From the NCBI GenBank assembly GCA_964596615.1, contig CAZQUN010000001.1:66786-130785 (forward strand): a stretch of DNA of 64,000 bases, given 5' to 3'. Position numbers and translations under genes: made by a program. Source of the stretch: an uncultured Candidatus Saccharibacteria bacterium. Its GTDB lineage: Bacteria; Patescibacteriota; Minisyncoccia; Portnoybacterales; UBA2143. The notes below the pieces were generated by a model, which saw only the letters and a program-made list of their open reading frames with translations, was not told the origin of the DNA and ran no database searches. Shown in pieces: positions 30,874 to 40,907 of the stretch; position 1 is the stretch's first letter; each line of letters starts with the position of its first letter.

Positions 30874-31504
30874 TGAACAATTCATCTAATGAATTAATTA
30901 CAGCAAGAGAATGCTTTTTTAAATCAAGAGTATGTTCTCCTCTTTCCAGATGGATAAAATCAGCCCCGGCATTCTTGGCGTAAAGAGCATCTTCATTGCT
31001 ATTACCGATATAGAGGGTTTCTTTTGGTTTAATTTTCATCTCTTTTAAAACAAAATGAAAGCTTTTTGGATCTGGTTTTTCTTTGTGTTTGCTTTCGAAT
31101 ATAGATAGGTAGAAGTCATAAGGAGCACCATTTATTTTTTTAATCTCAAAATTCGCGATTCTGTCAGGAGCGCCTGTGATAATAGAGACCAATTTATCAT
31201 GCTTTTTTAACTTTTTAAATCCCGGTTCAACATCCTGATAGGCTTTAGTAAATCTAGCTCTTTCCCTGGCTTTATCGTTCTTTCTAAAGGCGGGCCAGAA
31301 AACAAAGGGGTCAAGACCGAATTCATCTTTAATTATTTTATCCCTTCCTGTTTCAAACCAAAATCTGTTTACAGAATTACTGTCTCCGACTTTTCCTCCT
31401 AATTCCTTTACTGTTTTCGAAACAACCCGATGCCTATACTCTGGTAGGGTATAGACTAACGTTCCATCTAAATCAAATGAAATATGCTTGTATTTTTCAA
31501 TCAT
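30866..31504 (-). CDS. HAD-family hydrolase
   Basis: FDLDGTL, KPDP, YIGNSNED. Confidence 0.88.
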   Translation of the reverse strand: MIEKYKHISFDLDGTLVYTLPEYRHRVVSKTVKELGGKVGDSNSVNRFWFETGRDKIIKDEFGLDPFVFWPAFRKNDKARERARFTKAYQDVEPGFKKLKKHDKLVSIITGAPDRIANFEIKKINGAPYDFYLSIFESKHKEKPDPKSFHFVLKEMKIKPKETLYIGNSNEDALYAKNAGADFIHLERGEHTLDLKKHSLAVINSLDELFNA

Positions 31505-32655
31505 ACTTTCTCAAAGACACTTATCGTCTCCCTAATCAAATTATCCCAATTAAATCTTTTTAAATCCTCTTTAGCTTTTTCAACAAACCCGTTAGCTAAA
31601 TCGGAATTATCCAAAACCTTTCCAATCGCCCCTATCCACTCTTCCTTATCCCTATACCCAACCAGAATTCCAGTTTGATTATCCTTAATTGTTTCTAGAT
31701 TCCCACCAGCCGGAGTAGTAATAATTGGAATACCAGCTTTCATAGCTTCTAAAAGCAAATGAGACATGCCTTCATAATTAGTATTTAAAAGGAAAACATC
31801 GGCTAAAGACAAGTAATCAATAACTTGCTGACGGCTGGCCTTGCCGGTAAAGACAACATTATTCTCCAATTTAAGATTTTTGGTTAATTGCTTTAAATTT
31901 TCTGACTCCGGACCCTGGCCAACAACAACCAGTTTGATTTCTCCGTGTTTCTTAATCAAATCCGGCACAATTTCAATTAGCATGTCAATTCCTTTCCAGG
32001 GAACCAATCGGGCAATAGTTAAAAGAATTTTTCCTTCCAAATCCGCTTTTTGCTTTAACTCTTCTTTCCCAGCTGAGGGATTCATTTCAAAAAAATCAAT
32101 TGAATTGTAAATGACTTTAATTTTTTCTTCCGGCAAACCAATCTTTAAGGCAACCTCTTTTAAGAAATTACTGGCAACAATAATTTTGTCCGAATTAACC
32201 AGTATTTTCTTTCTGATTTTTTTCCTTTTTTCAACCTTTGGAGAATATTTCTTTTCCTGGAAAACCATAATATCATCAGAGACAATTTTTTCAGCAGATG
32301 ACTTCTCCCAGGCTGAATCACCGACAAACCGGGTAACTAATCTCTTTCCTAAAACCTTTTTAATAATTAAACTGGTTAGTCCGGCAGTATACAAATCTTG
32401 GCTGTATAAGATATCTGTTCTCAGTCCATACCAAAGACCCCATTTGAGGTAGATAAAGCTCTTTAAAAATCCAGGCCAGAGATTAGAAACTCTTTTGACC
32501 GGATAAGGATATTTATCTTTGCTCTTACCAAAAGTCAAAACCCTGACTTTAAAACCATTCTTAATCAAATCCTTAGCTAAAGGATCCAAAAAAGCACTCG
32601 GTCCGCCAATATCAGGCGGGAAAACTCCTGATAAGATTAAAATTCTTTTGCTCAT
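31501..32655 (-). CDS. Glycosyltransferase family 4
   Basis: FPPDIGG, ARLVPWKG, EGMSHLLLEAM. Confidence 0.9.
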   Translation of the reverse strand: MSKRILILSGVFPPDIGGPSAFLDPLAKDLIKNGFKVRVLTFGKSKDKYPYPVKRVSNLWPGFLKSFIYLKWGLWYGLRTDILYSQDLYTAGLTSLIIKKVLGKRLVTRFVGDSAWEKSSAEKIVSDDIMVFQEKKYSPKVEKRKKIRKKILVNSDKIIVASNFLKEVALKIGLPEEKIKVIYNSIDFFEMNPSAGKEELKQKADLEGKILLTIARLVPWKGIDMLIEIVPDLIKKHGEIKLVVVGQGPESENLKQLTKNLKLENNVVFTGKASRQQVIDYLSLADVFLLNTNYEGMSHLLLEAMKAGIPIITTPAGGNLETIKDNQTGILVGYRDKEEWIGAIGKVLDNSDLANGFVEKAKEDLKRFNWDNLIRETISVFEKV

Positions 32656-33806
32656 AATTGATTGAAGGCCTCTTCCATTTTCAAAGCAATATTATCCCAG
32701 TTGTATTTCTCCCTAACTAATTCTAAACCATTTTTAATTAATTTCTCTCTCAATAAGTCATCTTCTAAAACTTCCTTAACTTTCTGAGCGATACTTTCAG
32801 GGCTTTTTGGCTGACAAAACAATCCGGTCTCTCTGTCAATCAGAAAATCAGGAATTCCGCCAACTGGCGTTCCAATAATTGGCAAACCGGTTGCCATGGC
32901 TTCCAAAAAAACATTGCCCAATCCTTCGGAAACTGAAGGCCGGACAAAAACATCAGCTAGATAATAGTATTTAACAATTTCCTTATGATCCATATGGCCC
33001 AAGAATTTAATCTTATCCTCAAGATTCAACTCTTTAACCAAGTTCCTTAATTTCTTCTCTTCCGGGCCAATATCAATAATTAAAATCTTAAAAGGGAAAT
33101 CAAGGTATTGCCCGGCTTTGATTAAATCATCAACTCCATTCTTTTTAACTAATCTTGAAACAGTTAGAATTATTTTTTCTCCTGAAACAATTCCTGATTT
33201 TTCCTCCGGTCTTTTCGGTCTAAACAAATCCAAATCAACTCCATTGGGAATAATTTTAATCGGAACTCTGTCATTGTTTTTTAAAGCTCTTTTTTTCAGA
33301 TGACTACTGATGACTGTAATAGCATCGGCATTTTTAAAGGAAAGCAGATGCCAGGGTTTAATTAAAATCTGGTAAAGAAATTTAATTCCAAAAACATATC
33401 TTTCCAAATGCTCTTCTGGATCACCTTCTTGGATAGTTAAAAGCAGTTTCTTGCCTTTGCTTGAGAATTTAAAGAATACTGCTGCCACTCCGGCTTGAGA
33501 AGCCATAATTGACCAGATTATTGAGTAATCCCTTTTCTTATCCAATTGAACCACTTTTAAAACTCCTAGAATAGGGAGAAGAAATTTATCTAAAATATTC
33601 AGACCAAAGCCGGTCCGATAAATATTAACATTGTCTATTTTCTCAAATTTAGCCAGTTTTGGGCTAATTCTAGCTGTAATCAAATCAAACTGCCAATCGG
33701 GCAGCCTTTGGGTGATTTCTCTGACGGCAATTTCCGCTCCGCCGGTCAAAGGAAGATAGGCAGTCGAGAAAATGAGAATAGTTTTTTTGGCTTGATTGCT
33801 AGCCAT
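32652..33806 (-). CDS. Glycosyltransferase family 4
   Basis: GGAE, SRLVKKNG, EGLGNVFLEAM. Confidence 0.9.
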   Translation of the reverse strand: MASNQAKKTILIFSTAYLPLTGGAEIAVREITQRLPDWQFDLITARISPKLAKFEKIDNVNIYRTGFGLNILDKFLLPILGVLKVVQLDKKRDYSIIWSIMASQAGVAAVFFKFSSKGKKLLLTIQEGDPEEHLERYVFGIKFLYQILIKPWHLLSFKNADAITVISSHLKKRALKNNDRVPIKIIPNGVDLDLFRPKRPEEKSGIVSGEKIILTVSRLVKKNGVDDLIKAGQYLDFPFKILIIDIGPEEKKLRNLVKELNLEDKIKFLGHMDHKEIVKYYYLADVFVRPSVSEGLGNVFLEAMATGLPIIGTPVGGIPDFLIDRETGLFCQPKSPESIAQKVKEVLEDDLLREKLIKNGLELVREKYNWDNIALKMEEAFNQL

Positions 33807-33830
33807 ATCTATGTTTTAATATATAATAGA

Positions 33831-34958
33831 ATGGCGAAAAAATCAATCCTATACATTATTACCAAATCAGTCTGGGGCGGCGGCAACCGCTATGTTTTTG
33901 ATTTGGCTACTGCTTTAAAAAAAGAAAATCACCGGGTTTTTATCGCTGCTGGCGGAAAAGAAAGATTCTACCAGGAAATTAACAAAACCGACATCCCATA
34001 TTTCAACATTAACGGTTTTCAAAGAACCGTTAATTCTTTTAAGGATATTTTTGCTTTTTTTGAAATTCTAAGCTTGATTCTTCAATTAAAGCCGGAAGTC
34101 ATTCACACCAATAGCCCTAAGGTCGGAGGAATTGCCGGCTTGGCTGGTTGGATTTACAAATTTTTCTCACATCAAAAAACCAAATTAATCTATACTCCTC
34201 ATGGCTGGGCTTTTTCAGAAGACCGACCCCAATGGCAAATTTCATTAATTAAATTATTCAGCAAATTAACCTGTCTTTTTTACGATAAAATTATCTGTGT
34301 TTCGGAGCACGATAAGAGAAACGCCCTTAAAAACAATATCGCGCCTGAGAATAAATTAATTACAATCCATAACGGACTTCGTCCAGTATCATTTTTAGAA
34401 AAAAAACAAGCCCAGGAAAAATTAATCCAAAAAACCCCTCCTTTAGTTATTGGAACAATTGCTGAATGGACTAAAAACAAAGGACTTTTCTATCTCTTAA
34501 AAGCAATTAAAGAAATTGACAAGGAATTTGAATTAATCATGATTGGCAGCGGAGAGAACCCGGATAAAGAGAAAATGCATCAATATATTAAAAAGAATGA
34601 ATTAAAAAATGTTCATTTAATTGAATGGATTGACAATGCTTCTCAATATTTAAAGGCTTTTGACATTTTTATCCTTCCCTCAATTAAAGAGGGCCTGCCT
34701 TATACAATTCTTGAGGCCTCGGCAGCTGAAATTCCGATTATCACTACTCCAATCGGAGGTATCCCGGAAATAATTAAAAATAATGTTAATGGTCTTTTGG
34801 TTCAACCAAAAAACAGCCAACAACTGGCTGAAAAGATAAAATACTTGATTAATAATCCGGAGAAAATTAAAGAATTAACTCGAAAAGCAAAAGAAAAGGC
34901 AGAAAAAGAATTTAGTTTGGAAAAAACAATAGAAAAGACAAAAGGATTGTATGCCTAG
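33831..34958 (+). CDS. Glycosyltransferase family 4
   Basis: WGGGNRYV, YTPHGW, EGLPYTILEA. Start moved to MAKKSIL (33831). Confidence 0.9.
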   Translation: MAKKSILYIITKSVWGGGNRYVFDLATALKKENHRVFIAAGGKERFYQEINKTDIPYFNINGFQRTVNSFKDIFAFFEILSLILQLKPEVIHTNSPKVGGIAGLAGWIYKFFSHQKTKLIYTPHGWAFSEDRPQWQISLIKLFSKLTCLFYDKIICVSEHDKRNALKNNIAPENKLITIHNGLRPVSFLEKKQAQEKLIQKTPPLVIGTIAEWTKNKGLFYLLKAIKEIDKEFELIMIGSGENPDKEKMHQYIKKNELKNVHLIEWIDNASQYLKAFDIFILPSIKEGLPYTILEASAAEIPIITTPIGGIPEIIKNNVNGLLVQPKNSQQLAEKIKYLINNPEKIKELTRKAKEKAEKEFSLEKTIEKTKGLYA

Positions 34959-34967
34959 GAGGAAAGT

Positions 34968-35237
34968 ATGTTCTTTAATAAGGAAAAGATTAAGTTTTTT
35001 CGCCAAAATTGGAAACTAAGCGTACATCTACTTCTCAGAACAAAGTATTTTGGCGTTAATAATCAGTGGCGGTCAAGTTTTCCGTCAATATTCGGATGGC
35101 CCTGGTGGAAGATATTTCTGAGTGTCATCACCATTTATCCGATTATCCTAAACTATCGGCGAACTAAGTGGAGAGCAAAACATGTACATTTCCTACATCC
35201 CACAATCATTGAAACATTGGGGTGGAATAAAAAATAG
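34968..35237 (+). CDS. Small basic hypothetical protein with a possible TM segment
   Basis: AGGAGG RBS just upstream; hairpin downstream. Confidence 0.45.
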   Translation: MFFNKEKIKFFRQNWKLSVHLLLRTKYFGVNNQWRSSFPSIFGWPWWKIFLSVITIYPIILNYRRTKWRAKHVHFLHPTIIETLGWNKK

Positions 35238-35272
35238 CCTTTCGTTAAAAAAACCAACAAAAGGCTGTTTTA
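35235..35272. terminator. Probable bidirectional terminator between convergent genes
   Basis: AGCCTTT-CGTT...AAC-AAAAGGCT followed by a T tract. Confidence 0.5.
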
Positions 35273-35276
35273 ATAC

Positions 35277-37544
35277 TTACTTTCCAAACTTTCCAGCTAA
35301 AACATCGTTGATAAAGGCCTCGGCCTGTTCAACATAGCTGCCGCCGAATTCTTTGACCTTTTCGGCGGTTTTAATTGCTTCCTGACGCTGACCTAAATGA
35401 GCGTAGGACAAAGCCAGATTAACCCAGTAGTCCGGATTTTGAGGAGATATCTCAAGTAATTCCTGGTAAATCCTTAAAGTCCATTGATACTGCTCAGCAT
35501 GAATTGCTGAATTAGCCATTCTTGTCAGCTTGTCTTCTGTGCGCCAATTAAGGCCAAGTTCATCCATTCTGTCTAAATAGAGTTGAACCTGATCAGATTG
35601 GTCAACAAGATAAAGAATCATAATCATATTAAGGTATGATTCTATTACTTCAGGATTTAAGGCAATTGCTTTTTCCATGTTGACTATGGCCTGTTGGCGA
35701 AGCTGTTCGGCCTTATTCGTTTCCCCTATAGTCTGATAATATCTTCCTAAATAGAATTGACTGTAGCCAGCCTCCGTATATATCTGAGGCCTGGTCGGGC
35801 TTATCTTAGCTACCCTTTCAAAAAGGACCAATGCCTTGACTAAGTGTTCTGGATTTTGACCGCGGGTATTATTCAGGAATCTCATAAACATCAGGTAGTT
35901 CCGGGCGCTTAGAGGCCTCTCCTCTATCTGTTTCTCAAGCTCCTGTTCTACTCTAATAGCGCTTTGATTAAGCCAGCTTCCGCTAATGCCTGGCTCTTTT
36001 AATGCTCCATCGACAAACTCAGCAAAATGCTGCCGATATTCCTGATTACCATGGGTTTCCCTGTCTAAAACACTAACAAACTGGGTGTTGGCTTCCTGAT
36101 ACTTTTTAAGGTAAATCATCTCCATTGCTTTAATCAGCCCCCGATTGGCTGAGGCCGGCTTAATATTAAAGGTAAACAGAACTGGCAAATAGATTATGAT
36201 GCCAATGACTAATAGGGTTAAATAGATTTTTTTCGATTGGGAAAATCTTCCAGGCCACTTGGGGCTGTAACGGGATAAATATCCCAAGACCAGGAAAAGG
36301 GGAATATATGTCACCAGAGATTCAAAAATGAAGAGGTTCTGGATAAAATAGGCGAGCATGACCAGACTGAGAATAACCGGGATCAGGTATTGTTCCCTCT
36401 TTTTCTTGCGGAAATAGACCCAAAGATAAACCAAAGGAACAATCAACAAGCTCAAATACAAAGACAAACCAATTATTCCCCCTGTAATCAAACGATCAAA
36501 AACAATATTATGAGCTCGGTCAAACCAGATAACCGAACCTGCTTTTCTGTAAATCTGAGGTTCAAAATATTTATCAAAAACCTTGTAAAAACTCTCGTAG
36601 CCGTATCCCAGGATCGGTTTCTCCTTAAATCCTCTCAAGGACGATTTCCAGGTCAAAAGCCTGTTCTCGGCTGTAGTATCAGAAAAGGAAATACTAACAA
36701 CTCTTCTTAAGGTCCCGTTTTTCTTAACCCAGGTAGCATCTTTATTGGCAAAAACTATCCCGGTAAAAATTATTCCCAAAAGCAAGATAATAATGCCGGT
36801 ATTTCTAATCATCTTGTTCTCCTTCAAATGAAAGAAAGCTAAATAGAAAATGAAAATGAATAATGAAAAACTCAAGGAAAGAATAGCGCCTCGAGTCAGG
36901 GTATTCATGGTAATAAATATCTGTAAAAGAATACCAAGGATATAGTACCAGCGAAGATATTTGTTTTTTCTGGAGAAAAATAATATTAAGCCAAAGAAAA
37001 TATTGAAGATTAGATACCCGGCAACGTAGCCCGGATTACCAATAGTCGAAGCCAGCCTTGCTCCGGCAGCTGAAGCCAGAATCCATCCCAGATTAAGATA
37101 CTGACCCAAAGCAAACAAACTAACTAAAATACTACTAATAAAACTGGCCTCAAAAAGAACGAGCCAGTTTTTAGCTTTATGCAGAAATCCAGTCAGGACG
37201 AATAAATAGAGGAAGAGATGGAGCAATAAAAGTAATCCTTCGCTCCTTTCATTGTTAGACCAAAAACTGAAATAGAAGCCGTCATTTATCAAAGAAGAAG
37301 CAAAAACAATGATGATATACAAAAAGAACAAAACTAAAACCAAATTCAGCTTTGGCCGGTATTCTTTTTTAATCACTGCCAAGCCCAAAAAAAGCAAAAA
37401 CAGGACCTCTGTCACAATCTTGAAAATCAGTGTCTTTGGAACAATGTAGGGGAAATAATAGCTGCTGTTAAGAAAAACAGGAATAAGGGTAACAGCAACC
37501 AAACCAACCCAAATAGAATATTTTAATGCTTTTTCCATATTCAT
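35277..37544 (-). CDS. O-antigen ligase / O-oligosaccharyltransferase (Wzy_C) family with C-terminal TPRs
   Basis: STIGNPGYVAGY, TLTRGA, RLLTW, PILGYGYESF, DRAHN; TPR-like C-terminus. Confidence 0.9.
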   Translation of the reverse strand: MNMEKALKYSIWVGLVAVTLIPVFLNSSYYFPYIVPKTLIFKIVTEVLFLLFLGLAVIKKEYRPKLNLVLVLFFLYIIIVFASSLINDGFYFSFWSNNERSEGLLLLLHLFLYLFVLTGFLHKAKNWLVLFEASFISSILVSLFALGQYLNLGWILASAAGARLASTIGNPGYVAGYLIFNIFFGLILFFSRKNKYLRWYYILGILLQIFITMNTLTRGAILSLSFSLFIFIFYLAFFHLKENKMIRNTGIIILLLGIIFTGIVFANKDATWVKKNGTLRRVVSISFSDTTAENRLLTWKSSLRGFKEKPILGYGYESFYKVFDKYFEPQIYRKAGSVIWFDRAHNIVFDRLITGGIIGLSLYLSLLIVPLVYLWVYFRKKKREQYLIPVILSLVMLAYFIQNLFIFESLVTYIPLFLVLGYLSRYSPKWPGRFSQSKKIYLTLLVIGIIIYLPVLFTFNIKPASANRGLIKAMEMIYLKKYQEANTQFVSVLDRETHGNQEYRQHFAEFVDGALKEPGISGSWLNQSAIRVEQELEKQIEERPLSARNYLMFMRFLNNTRGQNPEHLVKALVLFERVAKISPTRPQIYTEAGYSQFYLGRYYQTIGETNKAEQLRQQAIVNMEKAIALNPEVIESYLNMIMILYLVDQSDQVQLYLDRMDELGLNWRTEDKLTRMANSAIHAEQYQWTLRIYQELLEISPQNPDYWVNLALSYAHLGQRQEAIKTAEKVKEFGGSYVEQAEAFINDVLAGKFGK

Positions 37545-37545
37545 G

Positions 37546-38232
37546 TTACAAATCAGGCAATTGATCTTTTAAATCAGGATCGATTTCCAATGTTTTTTGA
37601 GTATAATCTTTGGCCTTGGCAATATCATTGCCACCGTTATTCTCCGGACCTTCGGCAAAATAGTTAGCCAAATACATGTAATAATTCTGTGCTTCGCCCG
37701 GATTAAAGACTATGGCATCATTCATTAGGTCTTCTATCTGATCGGCTTTTTCAGTCATATCATAGCGATACAATGTTGCCAGACCAACAAAATAATTGTA
37801 ATTGTAAGGATTCTTTGTCAGAACGGTCTTGTAATACTCTTCGGCTTTTTCAACGTCTCTTAAATCAAAAAGATACAAATCAGCTAAATTACCATAAGCC
37901 AGGGTCTGATCCGGATTGTATGAAATAGCGTTTTGCCAGGCATCTTCTGCGCCTTTGTAATCCCCTAGTCGCTTTTTCAAAATACCAATATTAATCCATC
38001 TGATATAGACATGTTCATCGCCTTCTCTTAATTTCTGGTACTGCTTGTTTAAATCTTCGAGAGTAAAATCCAGAGCTTCCTGGCTCATCTTATTCAAAGC
38101 CCCGGGGAAATCTTCAGCAGTATAAACTTTATCTAATCTATTTGGAAGGAAAAATTGGGTTAAATAGAAATAAAAAATCGCTCCGATAGCCAAAGCAATT
38201 AGGATAATAAAAAAATAGCGTTTTTTGTTCAT
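37546..38232 (-). CDS. Membrane-anchored TPR protein
   Basis: N-terminal TM; GDYKGAEDAWQNAISYNP, AYGNLADLY. Confidence 0.85.
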   Translation of the reverse strand: MNKKRYFFIILIALAIGAIFYFYLTQFFLPNRLDKVYTAEDFPGALNKMSQEALDFTLEDLNKQYQKLREGDEHVYIRWINIGILKKRLGDYKGAEDAWQNAISYNPDQTLAYGNLADLYLFDLRDVEKAEEYYKTVLTKNPYNYNYFVGLATLYRYDMTEKADQIEDLMNDAIVFNPGEAQNYYMYLANYFAEGPENNGGNDIAKAKDYTQKTLEIDPDLKDQLPDL

Positions 38233-38259
38233 AATAATCTAATAATACACAACCAACAA

Positions 38260-38293
38260 AGAAAAGGCAAGACCAAAAGGACCTGCCTTTTCT
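38260..38293 (-). terminator. Intrinsic terminator
   Basis: AGAAAAGGCA...TGCCTTTTCT inverted repeat after the 38325 stop. Confidence 0.65.
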
Positions 38294-38324
38294 AAAGGTA
38301 TACCAAATATTTAACCATTAATAT

Positions 38325-39668
38325 CTATCCAGTAATATCTGTGCCAGTAGTATAGGCGTTCTTGTCAGTAGCGTTAATCTCGTAGATGGAATCAGCGTCA
38401 TAACCTCCGGCAGTAAATTCAGCTGCTGTCATGTTCAACCATTGTTTAGTCCCGGAATCACCATTAGCAATCAATTTGTAAACTTCGTCTTCTCCGGTTG
38501 CCCGGACCAAATCAGAAGTTGTGTATTCGTCCATTTTGGACTGGTTGACATCCAAAACATCGTTCCAAGGACTCCCATCTCCATCTTTGTCAAAATGCTC
38601 ATAGCTCTCAAAAACATGAGGACTTAGGATAAGACGCTTAAACTTACTACTACCAACTACTTTGACGATATAGATGTCGAACTGGGCCATGCCTTCGGCA
38701 TTAGGATTACGGATTAAGTCACCATCAACAACCGTTATTTCCGTTGAAGGAGTTTCTTCTGTCAGATCTTCTTCTTCTCCCTCTTCCCTGCCCATAACAG
38801 CAAAGTAAGTAAAGTGATCAGTTGTTGCAGTCAAACTATTATTCGTCTCATCAACTGTTGTTGGCAGAGCCACCCATTGGGAAGTAGATTCTTTCCAATA
38901 AAAGACCCTCAAGATTGATTCGTCTAGTCCTTCAATTTGACTATCGGTATAGGTGAAAGTTAGTGTGACAGTCTGGTCAAAACTACTGACTGCTTCTCCA
39001 CTGGCCGTAGCGGTAAAATCATAGACATAGGTTCCAACAACGCTTCTTCCCGAAGGAGTTGGCCGAGAATTGGTAATAGTATCCTTGGCTTTGGATTCTA
39101 CTTTAACATCTGTCGAAGCATCAACTGCGTCAGCCGGTAATTCTGCTGCTGCAGTTGTGTTTTCACCAGTTGTCAAGGTTGTCTTGCCTCCGCCTGAAGC
39201 GGTCGCGGTTACCTCGCCGGTTGTTGTCTCCGGCATTGTCGTTGAGGTTGTCTCTTCGGTGGTTGTTGTTGGAGTTGCGGTGCCTCCACCGCCTCCGCCG
39301 CCAGAGCTACCTCCGCCTCCACCAGTGCTACCGCAAACAGCATCAGTCGGAGTAACTTTTAAAGTAGAACCAATACTATTACCGCTAACATTTATTCGAG
39401 AATACGAGGCAGTACAGACGACATCTGCAGTTGGAGTAGTCCCTAAAGCTTTTCTGTTATTAGACTGGACAACCAATGATGAGCCACTAGAAAGGGAAAA
39501 AGTGACACTATTAGCACCAACAACCATCTGATCAACTGTTCCGCTGACTACTAAAGTATAGCCACCGACATCAACATTCGTATCGCTGAAAACAGCATCA
39601 TCAGCTCCATTAGCCACAAGTGGTAAAAGCAGCAGCAAAGACAAAACTGGAATAACAATTTTTCTCAT
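38325..39668 (-). CDS. Secreted surface protein: Gly/Thr linker, Ig-like domain, C-terminal domain shared with the S-layer-like protein
   Basis: Signal peptide; GGGGGSSGGGGGG; LRVFYW...W...TTDHFTYFAV; DGDLIRNP domain. Confidence 0.75.
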   Translation of the reverse strand: MRKIVIPVLSLLLLLPLVANGADDAVFSDTNVDVGGYTLVVSGTVDQMVVGANSVTFSLSSGSSLVVQSNNRKALGTTPTADVVCTASYSRINVSGNSIGSTLKVTPTDAVCGSTGGGGGSSGGGGGGGTATPTTTTEETTSTTMPETTTGEVTATASGGGKTTLTTGENTTAAAELPADAVDASTDVKVESKAKDTITNSRPTPSGRSVVGTYVYDFTATASGEAVSSFDQTVTLTFTYTDSQIEGLDESILRVFYWKESTSQWVALPTTVDETNNSLTATTDHFTYFAVMGREEGEEEDLTEETPSTEITVVDGDLIRNPNAEGMAQFDIYIVKVVGSSKFKRLILSPHVFESYEHFDKDGDGSPWNDVLDVNQSKMDEYTTSDLVRATGEDEVYKLIANGDSGTKQWLNMTAAEFTAGGYDADSIYEINATDKNAYTTGTDITG

Positions 39669-39745
39669 ATCAAGCTTCTATTACGAAAGCAAGGCAACGA
39701 AACAAAATTGTTTCTGTCTCCATTGTCCCCGTAATATCCTTATTT

Positions 39746-40609
39746 TTACTCCCAAATTTGCTTCCAGGCAGAGCCGTTGTAACAGTTAAGCTGGTTGTCG
39801 GTGTTGTCAACAAAACACTTTCCTGCAACCTCAGAAGTAGGAGTAGCTGTTGGTTCTAACTTGAGAGTGGTTTGAATGAAGATAGAACTGGTTGTTGCGA
39901 TTGAAGAAGTAGAATTACCGAAATACATAGTCCCGTCAACTTCGACATCACCCTGAACATAGATATCATTGGACATATCAATATTGTTCATTGTTCCTCC
40001 AGCGCCAGCCCAAAAACCGGTTGAAGTTGCTACACCACCAATATTCATGCCATCGCTAACGTCGAATTCTCCCGGGCTGTCATCCCATCTGATAAACTCT
40101 GATGAAGAAGCGTCAAAGAAGATAGAGTCGTCATCATCGGCGATAAGATTACCTACCCAGAAATCATTAGATGTTGAAGCGCTTTCAAAGGTAGCCCAGC
40201 CAGTGCCATAGAGAGTTCCGTCAATTTCAACATCATCCTGGACGTAGAGGTCATTGGACATATCAATATTGTTCATTGTTCCTCCAGCGCCAGCCCAAAA
40301 ACCGGTTGAGGTTACTTTGCCGCCAACGTTAAAATCGTCTGTTAAATCAAACTCTCCTGGAGCATTGTCCCACATTAGCCATTCGCTTCCTGAAGCATCA
40401 AAAAAGAGCGAGTCATCATCATCGGCAATAACATTGCCCAACCAGAAATCATTGGTTGTTGAAGCGCTTTCCATTGTTACAGTTCCAGCAGTATTAATGT
40501 TGCTGTCAATAGTGGTGGCTGCGTAAGTAATTACGCTAACCAAGAAAACCGAAACGATGACACTTAACAAACCAGCAAAAAATTGGTGTTTTTTGAATAT
40601 TTTACTCAT
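39746..40609 (-). CDS. Secreted acidic protein with an internal ~95-aa duplication
   Basis: N-terminal TM/signal (TYAATTI); two copies of ESAST.NDFW.GN.IADDDDS.FFDAS...GFWAGAGGTMNNIDMSND. Confidence 0.75.
   Translation of the reverse strand: MSKIFKKHQFFAGLLSVIVSVFLVSVITYAATTIDSNINTAGTVTMESASTTNDFWLGNVIADDDDSLFFDASGSEWLMWDNAPGEFDLTDDFNVGGKVTSTGFWAGAGGTMNNIDMSNDLYVQDDVEIDGTLYGTGWATFESASTSNDFWVGNLIADDDDSIFFDASSSEFIRWDDSPGEFDVSDGMNIGGVATSTGFWAGAGGTMNNIDMSNDIYVQGDVEVDGTMYFGNSTSSIATTSSIFIQTTLKLEPTATPTSEVAGKCFVDNTDNQLNCYNGSAWKQIWE
39966..40309. repeat. Intragenic direct repeat (period 285 bp) with a 59-bp identical core
   Basis: 39966-40024 is identical to 40251-40309. Confidence 0.9.
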
Positions 40610-40852
40610 ATAATTCTGAAAAGCTCAAAGTTGAAACCTAAGGTGTATTATTCAGAAGTTCCAAGCCTTAACTTTTCAGCCCTAAAAATATTTTCGACCT
40701 TTCTTGTTTGATAACACTAACCAAGAATACAAACCGACCTTCTTGCATTCTTATAGGAATATATAGAATTTAACTTACTCAATAATTATACCATTGGACA
40801 AGAATTAAAAAAACCTGTCAATTGTGGATAAGTTCTATGGTTGTGGATAATT

Positions 40853-40881
40853 AAAAGACCCCCGAAAAACGGGGGCCTTTT
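40853..40881 (-). terminator. Intrinsic terminator after the S-layer-like gene
   Basis: AAAAGGCCCCCG-TTTTT-CGGGGGTCTTTT on the - strand. Confidence 0.8.
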
Positions 40882-40907
40882 GTCCAATTCTGTAATAAAC
40901 CTACTCG

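Noticed and set aside
39746-40609. Diversity-generating retroelement TR/VR pair
   Set aside because: Both copies are in frame in one gene, the differences are not adenine-specific, and no reverse transcriptase is present.
40800-40860. Replication origin
   Set aside because: Only two DnaA boxes here, no dnaA/dnaN nearby, and identical boxes are dispersed across other gaps.
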